From the IMG/VR virus record IMGVR_UViG_3300034095_001584: 43,340 nt of DNA; one strand, 5' to 3'. The notes under the pieces are model-generated. The model ran no database searches. It was not told where the DNA came from and saw only the letters and a program-made list of their open reading frames with translations. Both the position numbers and the translations under genes were made by a program. Below are positions 1 to 9,586 of the stretch, piece after piece. Each line of letters starts with the position of its first letter. Position 1 is the first letter of the stretch. The stretch is from a virus. Lineage: Duplodnaviria > Heunggongvirae > Uroviricota > Caudoviricetes.

Positions 1-180
1 GGAACAAGCGGTTCAAGTGGAGGTAGCGGATCAAGTGGAACAAGTGGTTCAAGTGGAGGTAGCGGATCAAGCGGAACAAGCGGTTCAAGTGGAGGTAGCG
101 GATCAAGTGGAACAAGTGGATCAAGTGGAGGTAGCGGATCAAGTGGAACAAGTGGATCAAGCGGAACAAGCGGAAGTAGT
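1..180 (+). repeat. Tandem 36-nt repeat (5 units) encoding GTSGSSG(G/T)SGSS
   Basis: Units at 1-36, 37-72, 73-108, 109-144 and 145-180 differ mainly at synonymous positions; every third residue is Gly and every Y position is Ser. Confidence 0.92.
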
Positions 181-633
181 GGTGCTCCAAGCAATGTTTC
201 TGGACCACAAGGGCCTCAAGGAAGACAAGGACCAATCGGACCACAAGGGCCTCAAGGAAGACAAGGACCAATCGGACCAGCCGGGCCACAATCTGACTAT
301 AGATTAAAAACCAATATACAAAACTATAATGATGGATGGGGAATTATTAAAAACATTCAACCAAAAACATTTATTCGTATTAATGATCCATTACAAAAAG
401 TTGAATCTGGATTTATTGCACATGAAGTACAAGATGGTGGATTGAAACAAGCTGTATTTGGAGAAAAAAATGCAGTTGATGAAAATGGAGATCCAATTTA
501 TCAAAGTCTTGATACGTGGAGCTTTGTACCAACAATGTGGAGTGCGTTGAAGAAAGCAATTGAAGACATTGAAGTATTAAAGACTGAGGTTGATACTTTA
601 AAGGAAGAGATTAAAGTATTAAAAAATAATTAA
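1..633 (+). CDS. Tail/virion fibre protein, C-terminal part (5' truncated): Gly-X-Ser repeats, collagen GPQ repeats, Peptidase_S74 intramolecular chaperone and C-terminal coiled coil
   Basis: Frame +1 is open from base 1 to TAA at 631-633 and reads GTSGSSGGSGSS repeats, then GPQGPQGRQGPI x2, then SDYRLKTNI (Ser at 292; S74 SD-x-RLK autocleavage signature), GFIAHEVQ and a coiled coil. The track ORF 442..633 is the tail of this frame. Confidence 0.9.
   Translation, partial: GTSGSSGGSGSSGTSGSSGGSGSSGTSGSSGGSGSSGTSGSSGGSGSSGTSGSSGTSGSSGAPSNVSGPQGPQGRQGPIGPQGPQGRQGPIGPAGPQSDYRLKTNIQNYNDGWGIIKNIQPKTFIRINDPLQKVESGFIAHEVQDGGLKQAVFGEKNAVDENGDPIYQSLDTWSFVPTMWSALKKAIEDIEVLKTEVDTLKEEIKVLKNN
202..273 (+). 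repeat. Perfect 36-nt tandem duplication encoding collagen-like GPQGPQGRQGPI
   Basis: ggaccacaagggcctcaaggaagacaaggaccaatc occurs at both 202-237 and 238-273. Confidence 0.95.
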
Positions 634-1850
634 TTAACATCAGAGATGATACAGACATGTTGTTCAAATAGTGGATTTGGTCCATCTATATTTGAAGATT
701 GTGTCTTTTCATCATATAAAAAGTCATTGATTTCTAATTCCACAAATTTTTTATGAATTAGATGGTCATATGAATTTTTGATTATTCTGGTTAATCTTTG
801 TATTTCTTTGTTTCTTGAAGTAGTGGTATTACCTTCTTTATTTCTGTATTGAATGTATCCTAATTTTGGTATATATGCAATTTTTGTTGTAAGAAACGTT
901 TTTATTATTAATTCGTAATCATCGCAAACATGTAGATGTGGATTATGTCCATTTACTTTAAAATAAGAATCTCTTCTCCAACATCTTATATGATTAGGTA
1001 CACCAACTATGTGTCTAATTGTTTTTGGATTTACTTTTGGACCGTTTACAACTTCATATATTTTACCATTATAAAACTCTTGTCTATAACTACCATATCC
1101 TAGACAAAATCCTTCCTCATATTTTACATTAGATCCATCTTCTTCATATACTTCAGCGGAGTCTGTATAAACAAAACCTGCGTCTGGGTATTTCTTGAAT
1201 GTTTTTGTTACATATTCAAGACATTTAATTGTCAATTCATCGTCGTGATCTAATTCACATAAATATTCTCCAGAACAAAGACCTGCTGCCCATCTTTTTA
1301 ATTCACCTATACTTCCAGATTTTCTTGCATTTTTGAATACCTTTATCCTATAATCTATTTCACTTATTTCTTTTAATAAATTAAAAGTTTTGTCGTCATC
1401 ATCAGAATCGTCTATAATAATCCATTCCCAATTTTTATATGTTTGGTTTAAAAGTGATTGAAGAGGTCTAAATATTTTTTGTGAGGATCTATATGCGGGA
1501 GTAAAAACTGATACCAATGGAGATTCATTATTATCAGAATTGAATGTAGAATGTACATAACAATTTAATGCGTCTTCTCCTATTTGATTTAAATTTGTAT
1601 CAGTAGGATAATTCATCCATCTTTTTCTTATTTCATATGGAGCGTTGCATAATAATTTATATTTTTGCCAATCGCCAAATGTAATATACACATGAGGATC
1701 ATGTTTTTTTATTATATCATTTAACTGATGATCATTTTCATAATTTAAAAGTATAAATGTATTTTCTTCATATTCAGGAGCGTTTTTTTCTGAAAATAAA
1801 GTTTCTATTTGTTTTCCAAATATACAAACAGTAATTTTGCTGTTTTTCAT
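630..1850 (-). CDS. Glycosyltransferase family 2 (GT-A) with an N-terminal extension
   Basis: PLVSVFTPAY, SLLNQTYKNWEWIIIDDS, YLCELDHDDEL (DxD) and CDDYEL motifs. Confidence 0.9.
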   Translation of the reverse strand: MKNSKITVCIFGKQIETLFSEKNAPEYEENTFILLNYENDHQLNDIIKKHDPHVYITFGDWQKYKLLCNAPYEIRKRWMNYPTDTNLNQIGEDALNCYVHSTFNSDNNESPLVSVFTPAYRSSQKIFRPLQSLLNQTYKNWEWIIIDDSDDDDKTFNLLKEISEIDYRIKVFKNARKSGSIGELKRWAAGLCSGEYLCELDHDDELTIKCLEYVTKTFKKYPDAGFVYTDSAEVYEEDGSNVKYEEGFCLGYGSYRQEFYNGKIYEVVNGPKVNPKTIRHIVGVPNHIRCWRRDSYFKVNGHNPHLHVCDDYELIIKTFLTTKIAYIPKLGYIQYRNKEGNTTTSRNKEIQRLTRIIKNSYDHLIHKKFVELEINDFLYDEKTQSSNIDGPNPLFEQHVCIISDVN

Positions 1851-2512
1851 AATTTTTTTATGATTTTGTATTGTTTATAAAACGAAATTTCGTCAGTTTC
1901 CATATTATTTGGATAATCGTCACTTGACACGCTTATTCGTCCAATACTTATTAAATTATCTATATAATACATCCGTTTTCTTTTTATGTCAACGATTGAT
2001 ACAATTAAAATTGTGTCACCATAAAATATTTTACATTCATCATATATTTCAAAATAGTCTTCTTTTTTTAGAAATATACAACATCCATAACCAAATGGAA
2101 CTATACCAGTAGTATCCACAAGTATCAGTTCATCTTCATCATTGTTTATTATGACACTATTATCTCTTAATCTTGCATTCTCATTATATCCAATTAATCC
2201 AAAGTTTGGATCTTGATTAATAAATTTTAAGAAATTATTAAATAACGTTACATAGTTAAAGTAAATGTCATCGTTTATTAAACAGATATATTTGTTTTTT
2301 GCTAATTTTACACCTAGATTCCAAGCAGGATTTACAAATATATTATTACTACATTTAACGACTATGATTCTTGAATCATTATCATGAAAATCAGAATGTG
2401 TATTATCAATTATAATTAATTCTGCGTTTTTATCTTTTACACGCTTAAATTGTTCGATTGATTTGTGTATTTCTTCCGCTTTCCATATTGTTGGCATTAT
2501 AAAACTAATCAT
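1847..2512 (-). CDS. Glycosyltransferase family 2
   Basis: ISFIMPT, ELIIIDN, NIFVNPAWNLG, ICLINDDI and IFYGD motifs; 4-nt overlaps with both neighbours. Confidence 0.85.
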   Translation of the reverse strand: MISFIMPTIWKAEEIHKSIEQFKRVKDKNAELIIIDNTHSDFHDNDSRIIVVKCSNNIFVNPAWNLGVKLAKNKYICLINDDIYFNYVTLFNNFLKFINQDPNFGLIGYNENARLRDNSVIINNDEDELILVDTTGIVPFGYGCCIFLKKEDYFEIYDECKIFYGDTILIVSIVDIKRKRMYYIDNLISIGRISVSSDDYPNNMETDEISFYKQYKIIKKL

Positions 2513-3564
2513 ATTAAATAGTTAATAAAAGGTTCTAAATCGAATTCTGGAGTTAAGTTTTGATCTTTTATAAATTTTAATTTTTGTTCTTTTGTCCATT
2601 CATTTTTATTAATTTCTAATGTATCTAATAAATAAGATTCTTTAGCAAAAACGTTTTCTATTTCTAATTCTGAGAAAGTTTTACTACATAATATACAAAA
2701 ATGTGGAGATATATTATAATATCCAAATTTACACTTTGATTGTCCATTGTTATATTTTTTACATCCCGATTTAGATTTTTGTTCTATAAACTTTTGATTT
2801 TGTTTATCAAACTCGCCCATATTATCTATATGACAAAAATTTCCCCAAACTAACATTATATATTTAATTTTTTTATCTGTTGGTTGTGCTTTAATTTCTG
2901 CTTGTCCCCAATCGTTGTGTGTTATATTATCTATTTTTAGTTCTGTTGGATTGCCATCCGAATCAAAAAATTCTTGTAATGGAAAAGTTTTGTTGTCATA
3001 AAAATATTTATTTCTTCTAATCAATGGATTATTTGTATATAAATTAACAGGAACAATAAAATATTTGAGTCCATTTTTTGATTCGACTTTACAGTTTTTA
3101 ACCGAATAATACGCAAAGATACCTGTGGATCTGCTTTCGTAATCATTAATATACCTTCTTAGAAATACCGCATCTGTATCTTGGTTTTCGTCCAATAACT
3201 CAATGCTTGTTTTCAACCATGTCTTTGGTTGACCACTTATGTCCGGCGACATACATTTCCAATCCCCTTCAAGAAAAAGACTATATTCATAATCAATTGA
3301 TAGATCATTTAATCGATTGATTCCATACCCAACTCCATTATTTACGTTAGAATGTACAATTTTGAAATCGACTTTATCTTTATATTTATCGATCAATTCA
3401 TTACACACTGATATAAATTCTTGATTTGTTTTATTAATGTATATGAACCAATCAATAACTTGATCCACTTCAGTATTGTTTAAAAAAGAATCAACTGTAT
3501 CACGGAGATATGTTGGTCTATTTAATGATTCATGAGTTAAAGTTAATATGCAGAATTTTTTCAT
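2509..3564 (-). CDS. Putative GT-A fold glycosyltransferase with a Cys-rich C-terminal segment
   Basis: RPTYLRDTVDSF, NNGVGYGINRL, SLFLEGDW (DxD-like), TNNPLIRR; Cys cluster GCKKY..KCKFG..FCILC; located within the GT operon. Confidence 0.6.
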   Translation of the reverse strand: MKKFCILTLTHESLNRPTYLRDTVDSFLNNTEVDQVIDWFIYINKTNQEFISVCNELIDKYKDKVDFKIVHSNVNNGVGYGINRLNDLSIDYEYSLFLEGDWKCMSPDISGQPKTWLKTSIELLDENQDTDAVFLRRYINDYESRSTGIFAYYSVKNCKVESKNGLKYFIVPVNLYTNNPLIRRNKYFYDNKTFPLQEFFDSDGNPTELKIDNITHNDWGQAEIKAQPTDKKIKYIMLVWGNFCHIDNMGEFDKQNQKFIEQKSKSGCKKYNNGQSKCKFGYYNISPHFCILCSKTFSELEIENVFAKESYLLDTLEINKNEWTKEQKLKFIKDQNLTPEFDLEPFINYLI

Positions 3565-3567
3565 AAA

Positions 3568-4266
3568 TTAATCAAACCATCCTGTAACTGATATTCTTTT
3601 TCTTGTTAAATTATTTGTTACACAACTCACACTGTGAGGTGTTTCATGATTTCCTACTTTAAACATTACCATTTTATTAAAACTTGGAATCACAGTTTTT
3701 ATATTGTTTGGATCTGTGTGATCCATATACATCCCTCCCCAACATGCATTCCAATTTTTTGTTAAATGTAAAACAAATGCAAGTCTTCCGTTTCCGTCAT
3801 CTGTATGAGTTGCTAGAAAACAATCTGATGTATATTTGTTTGCAAATATAGTCGTTGATTTTTTTAAATTTAAATTTGTAATTTCATTTAAAATATTTAT
3901 AATCTTTTCACTAGACAAAAAACCATGAATAGAACAATGTAAACACGAACATCCATCAATGTGTGGCATAGTTCTATAGAAGAAATATGAATATATATGA
4001 TCATTCAAACACTTATTTGAATATGATTTATTTATTTGTATTGTGTGATAATTGTCTTCAGTTACTTGTATAAACTCATGAGACTCTCCTTTAGTAAAGG
4101 ATGGATATGACGATGCAAACCACCAATCAGATGGCATTTTTTCATTGTAAAATTGATGCAAAGATTCAGCATAATCAGTTAATAAAAAATCATTAATTAT
4201 TACTTTATTATGATTTTCAAATTGTTCTTTACATTTTAATATATCTATACTATCAGTGTTTATCAT
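3568..4266 (-). CDS. 2OG-Fe(II) oxygenase, OGFOD1/Tpa1-like prolyl hydroxylase family
   Basis: HxD (THTDD), RLAFVLHL, WGG, IPSFNKMVMF, distal His (PHSVSCV) and 2OG-binding R-x-S (KRISVTGWF). I prefer the ATG at 4266 (ATGA overlap with the upstream stop) to the TTG at 4272. Confidence 0.85.
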   Translation of the reverse strand: MINTDSIDILKCKEQFENHNKVIINDFLLTDYAESLHQFYNEKMPSDWWFASSYPSFTKGESHEFIQVTEDNYHTIQINKSYSNKCLNDHIYSYFFYRTMPHIDGCSCLHCSIHGFLSSEKIINILNEITNLNLKKSTTIFANKYTSDCFLATHTDDGNGRLAFVLHLTKNWNACWGGMYMDHTDPNNIKTVIPSFNKMVMFKVGNHETPHSVSCVTNNLTRKRISVTGWFD

Positions 4267-4835
4267 ATCCAATGTTGTGCATTATAATAAGAAAATATTT
4301 CAGGTATAATCTGAGTTTGGATTTCATATTCCTTACATCTTATATATAGTTCCATGATGAAATACCCATCACCTCTATATATTTCCCAAAATCTTAAATC
4401 GTTTATTATTTCTCGTTTAATACAAAACTGAGCCATGTCTATTTTTTGAACAATTATATTTTGTTCACATGCGATTCTAATCTTATTTGGTTCATATAAT
4501 TGACTTACTATTATTAGTTTTGAATTTGGTTGTATTTTTTTGTCTAGTTGATTAAAATTTGGATGTAATAGGTTATCATCATCTAATATGAAAAACCACT
4601 GACCTTCGTCTGGAACAACATCTAAATAATAATTGCATAAATTTTTCCAATTAGGTTTATCAGGAAATTTTAGATATATTGTATTTCTATATTTAGAAAC
4701 GTCAACGTAATCATCGATTCCGATTATGTACCATTTATAGTTTATATCATTATTTATAATACTTTTATAACAGTTATCCAACCATTTAACATCGTTTCTT
4801 GTAAATCTGGTAACTATATGGTAAAGATTTTTCAT
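4263..4835 (-). CDS. Small glycosyltransferase family 2-like protein
   Basis: WFFILDDDNLLHP (DxD), IDMAQF and YRGDGYF motifs; first gene of the leftward GT operon. Confidence 0.75.
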   Translation of the reverse strand: MKNLYHIVTRFTRNDVKWLDNCYKSIINNDINYKWYIIGIDDYVDVSKYRNTIYLKFPDKPNWKNLCNYYLDVVPDEGQWFFILDDDNLLHPNFNQLDKKIQPNSKLIIVSQLYEPNKIRIACEQNIIVQKIDMAQFCIKREIINDLRFWEIYRGDGYFIMELYIRCKEYEIQTQIIPEIFSYYNAQHWI

Positions 4836-4914
4836 TGATAATTATATATAGTATATCTTATTTAAATTTAATTATTTTTAATTCGATAATATATGTATTG
4901 AAACTGTTATATAT
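4836..4914. promoter_or_regulatory. AT-rich bidirectional promoter region between the two arms of the GT cluster
   Basis: 79-bp gap between divergent starts; contains ATATGTAT (4891-4898, +) and ATAATTAT/TATATA (4838-4850), which are variants of the ATATTTAT motif seen before other genes. Confidence 0.5.
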
Positions 4915-6315
4915 ATGTTTATTAAATGTCACGGTGCATATCTTGGTTCTACGGGATTCAATAATCATACCAGAGGGTTTTTTAGAGGATTATCCAATCA
5001 CGCTAAAGTTTATGTAAGAAATTTTACATTAGATCCAAAATTAGATTCGTATTTAAATGATTTAGATAAACAAATATTATCAGAACAAACGTTGTGGTCT
5101 CATTATAAAAATAATAAAATTTGGAGCGACTATCCTTTGCCTTGGAACTCTACGGTTTTAGATACTCATATAGGAGAAAAAATTCACCTAATTTCAGCCG
5201 AACACAATCATTTATATTTTTATGATGAATATTATGGACCAAAAATCGCATTTACAATGTGGGAGAGTGATAGATACGATGTTAATTTTTTAAATAAATT
5301 AAAAACTTACGACAGTAATATAGTTTTAACCAAGTGGCAAAAAGAGTGTCTAATACAACAAGGATTGGACGAAAGTAAAATTGATATTGTACATGAAGGA
5401 ATTGATCCAGATTGTTTTCCTATTCAACAAGAAAAGTCTGATAAATTTAAATTTTTTCTTGTTGGTACATGGGGATTTAGAAAATCAACTAAAGAAATAA
5501 TCGAATGTTTTATAAAAACGTTTGAACGTGTTGATGACGTAGAACTTCATGTAAGCGTAGACAAACACTATCCAATTTGGATACCAGCATCAGAAAGATT
5601 TAAAAAACACAATTTATATTCACCAAAAATTATAGTTCATAATTTTCCAGATCGAAATGTTTATTTAAATTTATTAAAGAATTGTCATGTTTTTCTGAGT
5701 TGTTCAAGAGGAGAAGGGTGGAATATACCATTAGCTGAAGCGTTTGCTTGTGGAATTCCGTCAATATATTCCAAAGGATCAGGTCAAGTTGAATTTGCTG
5801 GTGAATATCCACTAGGAGTAGACATACAAAAAAAGGTACCGGCTTATAGTGAAGAAGATGAATATTTTTCTGATGGATATCTTGATGAACCAGATTTTAA
5901 AATGCTGAGTGAAGTCATCATGGATTCTTATAAAAATTATTCAACATATAAGAAGATTCATTTAGAAAAATCACAAAAATTTATAACAAATTATTCATGG
6001 AATAAAGTATCTAGAGATTTGTATGATATAATTAATAAAAGATATGGTTCTACATCACTCAGTAATAATGGATATGTAAAATTTCATAGATTTTCAGAAA
6101 ATCATAATTTTGTTTTCTTTTCACAAGATTATTTTGATTCATGTAAGGTTTATCTAGAAATTAAAAATGAAAAAGGTGATGTTTGTTTTTTTGATGATTT
6201 AACTATGGTAAAAAACGTTGAATATTGGTTTGGTGCCGAGTTTAATGGTAAAAAAACATTTACTATTTATAATTTAAATAAAACTATTGTTTTGTTCCAA
6301 ACCAATTCTATTTAA
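4915..6315 (+). CDS. Glycosyltransferase family 4 (GT-B, group 1)
   Basis: TGFNNHTRGF, FTMWES, VGTWGFRKS and the E-x7-E motif SRGEGWNIPLAEAFACG. Confidence 0.9.
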   Translation: MFIKCHGAYLGSTGFNNHTRGFFRGLSNHAKVYVRNFTLDPKLDSYLNDLDKQILSEQTLWSHYKNNKIWSDYPLPWNSTVLDTHIGEKIHLISAEHNHLYFYDEYYGPKIAFTMWESDRYDVNFLNKLKTYDSNIVLTKWQKECLIQQGLDESKIDIVHEGIDPDCFPIQQEKSDKFKFFLVGTWGFRKSTKEIIECFIKTFERVDDVELHVSVDKHYPIWIPASERFKKHNLYSPKIIVHNFPDRNVYLNLLKNCHVFLSCSRGEGWNIPLAEAFACGIPSIYSKGSGQVEFAGEYPLGVDIQKKVPAYSEEDEYFSDGYLDEPDFKMLSEVIMDSYKNYSTYKKIHLEKSQKFITNYSWNKVSRDLYDIINKRYGSTSLSNNGYVKFHRFSENHNFVFFSQDYFDSCKVYLEIKNEKGDVCFFDDLTMVKNVEYWFGAEFNGKKTFTIYNLNKTIVLFQTNSI

Positions 6316-7311
6316 ATGAAAGTTATGCGAGATGTTTATTTATCGGTTAATTGTAAAACGTTAGGTGATACTATTTGTTTTACTCCATCATTACGTAAAG
6401 TTTTTTCAGTATATGATAAAAAAATAAATGTTGTTGTTCCTGAAGAATCTAAAAGAGTTTTTATTAATAGTCCTTATATTGACGTTTTATATTCTTATGA
6501 AGAGTTTCATGATAAATTTAAAAACAAAGATTGGAATAATCTTATTGTGAATGAAATAGAATATTATCAGACTTATCTTTTTCCTGGATTAAAAAATTCT
6601 CAAGGTGTTGAAAGAAAGTTTCAACATGTAGATTTAAGACAAGTCCACGCAAATGATTTAGGATTTCAGTTATTTGAAGATGAATTACATTGTGATTTTT
6701 TTCCAAATGATTTTTCAAATTCTGTTAATTTACCAAAAGATTATGTTGTGATTCATCCATCTACTAATTGGCCAAATAGAACATGGAGTCATGAGAATTG
6801 GCAATCGTTAATTAATTTTTTATCGAAAAATAATATTTTTACGGTAATAACAGGAAAAACTACAATTCAAAAAGAAAAAAATGTTACTACTGAAAAATTC
6901 ATATACAAATTTGAAAATTTATATGGTTTGGATTTATCAGATACTTTAGATTTAAGTGATACATGGCATTTATTAAATAACGCAAAATTATTTGTGACTC
7001 TTGATTCTGGTCTTTTACATCTTGCGGGAACAACTGATACGTTTATAATTCAATTAGGTAGTGCAAAAGATCCTAGATTTTCATCTCCATATAGAAAAGG
7101 AACTAGAAATTACAAATACATTTATGTAAAAGGTAAATGTGATTTATTTTGTACAAATAATATGAAATATAGCATTAAAGAATGGGGAACAATGAATAGT
7201 ATACCACCTCTAACAGATTGTCTAGAAAACAAACCTAAGTTTGAATGTCATTCTTCAATTGAAGATGTCACAAATACAATAACATATTTAATAAACAATA
7301 ACATTGTATGA
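6316..7311 (+). CDS. GT9-like heptosyltransferase (GT-B) with a C-terminal Cys cluster
   Basis: LGDTICFTP, YVVIHP..WPNRTW and LDSGLLHLAG (GT9 signature); CDLFC..DC..FEC. Confidence 0.85.
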   Translation: MKVMRDVYLSVNCKTLGDTICFTPSLRKVFSVYDKKINVVVPEESKRVFINSPYIDVLYSYEEFHDKFKNKDWNNLIVNEIEYYQTYLFPGLKNSQGVERKFQHVDLRQVHANDLGFQLFEDELHCDFFPNDFSNSVNLPKDYVVIHPSTNWPNRTWSHENWQSLINFLSKNNIFTVITGKTTIQKEKNVTTEKFIYKFENLYGLDLSDTLDLSDTWHLLNNAKLFVTLDSGLLHLAGTTDTFIIQLGSAKDPRFSSPYRKGTRNYKYIYVKGKCDLFCTNNMKYSIKEWGTMNSIPPLTDCLENKPKFECHSSIEDVTNTITYLINNNIV

Positions 7312-8414
7312 AAATTAATATAAATTTTATCAACGGCGCTTTTTGTGAAATATTGGACAATAATAATAAAAATAAATATTATGTTCAATTTATCAATAAA
7401 GAAACAAATGAAATACTACATGATGATGTCATTACATCTAATATGTGGGTAAAAAGTTCATACTGTTACTTTATCGATTATAGAATAAGAATAATTGATT
7501 TTAAATCAAAAAATTTAATTCGTGAAATCGATTATAATGCAACTTCGAAAAATGTGTTTATTTGGTTTGATAGTAGATCATTGGGAGATAATATTTCGTG
7601 GATGCCATTTGTTGAAGAATTTAGACTAAAACATAATTGCACGGTATATTGCTCTACATATCAAAATGAAATATTTAGAGACATTTATCCACATATAAAA
7701 TTTGTTGAACCAGGAAAGGAAGTGCATAATTTATATGCATCTTACAGTATAGGATGTTTTAACGATGAAATTAGAGAAAGAAAAAGTTGGAAATTGTTGA
7801 ATAATCAAGAAATTTGTGCAAATATTTTAGGAATCGATTATAGAGAAATTAAGCCTCCTCTTAAGATATTAAACAAAGACAGACCAATTAAACAAAAATA
7901 TGTGTGTATCTCTACAAAATCAACGGCTGCATGTAAAGAATGGAATACAGAAAATGGCTGGAGAGATGTAGTTTCTTTTTTGAATTCTAATGGATATAAA
8001 GTCGTAATTGTTCAAAAAGAAGAAGTTGAATTATTGGATGATCCTAACTTAGATGTTATTTTATGTAATTCTACCGATTTAAATGTTGTTATTAACATGA
8101 TATATAACTGTGATTTTTATATTGGACTATCTTCTGGTGTATCATGGTTATCTTGGGCATTGAACAAACCTTCTATCTTAATAAGTGGCATGAGTTTAGA
8201 AAAAAATGAGTTTTTCACCCCTTTTAGAATCATTAATAAAAATGTTTGTCATGGTTGTTGGAACAATCCAAAGTATACATTTGACAAAGGAGATTGGAAT
8301 TGGTGTCCTAAATTAAAAAATACAGATAGACAATTTGAATGTTCAAAATCAATTACATCAGAAGTAGTAATTGGCAATATTAAAAGCATAATGAAATATG
8401 AACCATCAGCTTAA
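7308..8414 (+). CDS. Autotransporter O-heptosyltransferase-like protein (TibC/AAH family)
   Basis: N-terminal beta domain (INFINGAFCEI..YFIDYRI), SLGDNISWMPFVEEFRLKHNC, STAACKEW, FYIGLSSGVSWLSWA, EFFTPFRI and the four-Cys iron-finger pattern CHGCWN..WCP..FECSKSIT. Confidence 0.85.
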   Translation: MKININFINGAFCEILDNNNKNKYYVQFINKETNEILHDDVITSNMWVKSSYCYFIDYRIRIIDFKSKNLIREIDYNATSKNVFIWFDSRSLGDNISWMPFVEEFRLKHNCTVYCSTYQNEIFRDIYPHIKFVEPGKEVHNLYASYSIGCFNDEIRERKSWKLLNNQEICANILGIDYREIKPPLKILNKDRPIKQKYVCISTKSTAACKEWNTENGWRDVVSFLNSNGYKVVIVQKEEVELLDDPNLDVILCNSTDLNVVINMIYNCDFYIGLSSGVSWLSWALNKPSILISGMSLEKNEFFTPFRIINKNVCHGCWNNPKYTFDKGDWNWCPKLKNTDRQFECSKSITSEVVIGNIKSIMKYEPSA

Positions 8415-9585
8415 ATTTGCAATTTATACATCTTTCTACAATACATCAAAGTATATTGATAGGTTGTATGAAAATATAATGTCAATTGATTATACAGACT
8501 TTACTTGGTTTGTTACTGATGATTATAGCAATGATGATACAAAACAAAATTTATTAGAAAAAATTAAAGATAATACTAAAATTGTTTATGTTGAACAAAA
8601 TCATAAAATGGAAATGTATTGGCAGCCAAATAAATTTATACCATCTGAATATGAGTATGTATTGTTGGTTGATAGTGACGACTTGGTAGACAAAAACATA
8701 TTGACTGTTTATAATAATTTAATCAAAAAATACAATGATCTTTCTATAATAACATGTGATTTCACAAGAATCAATGAAACTGATGGATCTGTTCATTCTT
8801 TCGGTTATATTCTTAATCAAGAAAAATTGACTGATAAATTAAATCATTTTCATCCACAAATCGATTATTGTAACAATTTAAACTATTATTGTTTTGGACA
8901 CGGAAGATGTTTTAAAAATATTAAAGATTTAAAATTTAATGTTAATACGTTTAATGATGTATGTGAAGATTCTTATAGAATGTTATACATGAATGGATAT
9001 GGTAATTGGCTGCATGTACCAAGAAATCTTTATACATGGACACTTAGAAACGATTCAATTTCAAGTACGAAAAGTTCAAGTCATGATTTGACGTATAATA
9101 AAAATTTTGATATTGGATTAGAAAAATCAATATCATCAAATTATGAGTCTATATATAGTTATAATTCAATTTATAAAGAATTGAATTCAATCATGTATTT
9201 CGGCATGAATACAGATTTTAAAAACATATCTATAATTTCACCAAATCTAGATGTAGATCAAAAAGAAAAAATAAAAGAAATTTATATTGATAAAAACATT
9301 GAATTTAATAAATGTCATGGATCTGACCATTATACAATTATATTAAATTATTTTGAAAGTGAAGATGGTTTGTGTGACGTACTAGATAAATTAAAATCTT
9401 TAAATAATAAAATGTGCATTAAAATGTACTATTTAAATGAAAGTGTACATTTAACAAATACATCTAGAGATGAGTTATTGAATGAAAAGTTAAATAAATT
9501 TAAATCAATTATATCTAAATATTTTTATAATTTTTCCTATTATTCTTATTTTAGACATTTAAATTTTACGATCATACATCAATAA
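8398..9585 (+). CDS. Glycosyltransferase family 2
   Basis: IYTSFYN, WFVTDDYSNDDT, LLVDSDDLV (DxD), CEDS and LHVPRNLY motifs. Confidence 0.85.
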   Translation: MNHQLKFAIYTSFYNTSKYIDRLYENIMSIDYTDFTWFVTDDYSNDDTKQNLLEKIKDNTKIVYVEQNHKMEMYWQPNKFIPSEYEYVLLVDSDDLVDKNILTVYNNLIKKYNDLSIITCDFTRINETDGSVHSFGYILNQEKLTDKLNHFHPQIDYCNNLNYYCFGHGRCFKNIKDLKFNVNTFNDVCEDSYRMLYMNGYGNWLHVPRNLYTWTLRNDSISSTKSSSHDLTYNKNFDIGLEKSISSNYESIYSYNSIYKELNSIMYFGMNTDFKNISIISPNLDVDQKEKIKEIYIDKNIEFNKCHGSDHYTIILNYFESEDGLCDVLDKLKSLNNKMCIKMYYLNESVHLTNTSRDELLNEKLNKFKSIISKYFYNFSYYSYFRHLNFTIIHQ

Positions 9586-9586
9586 T

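Noticed and set aside
1-273. Short regular repeats as a possible CRISPR array
   Set aside because: They are tandem coding repeats with synonymous variation and no unique spacers; no cas genes are present.
17-307. Track ORF with EVADQVEQ repeats
   Set aside because: It is a shadow of the Gly-X-Ser/collagen repeats; frame +1 is continuous into a recognisable S74 domain.
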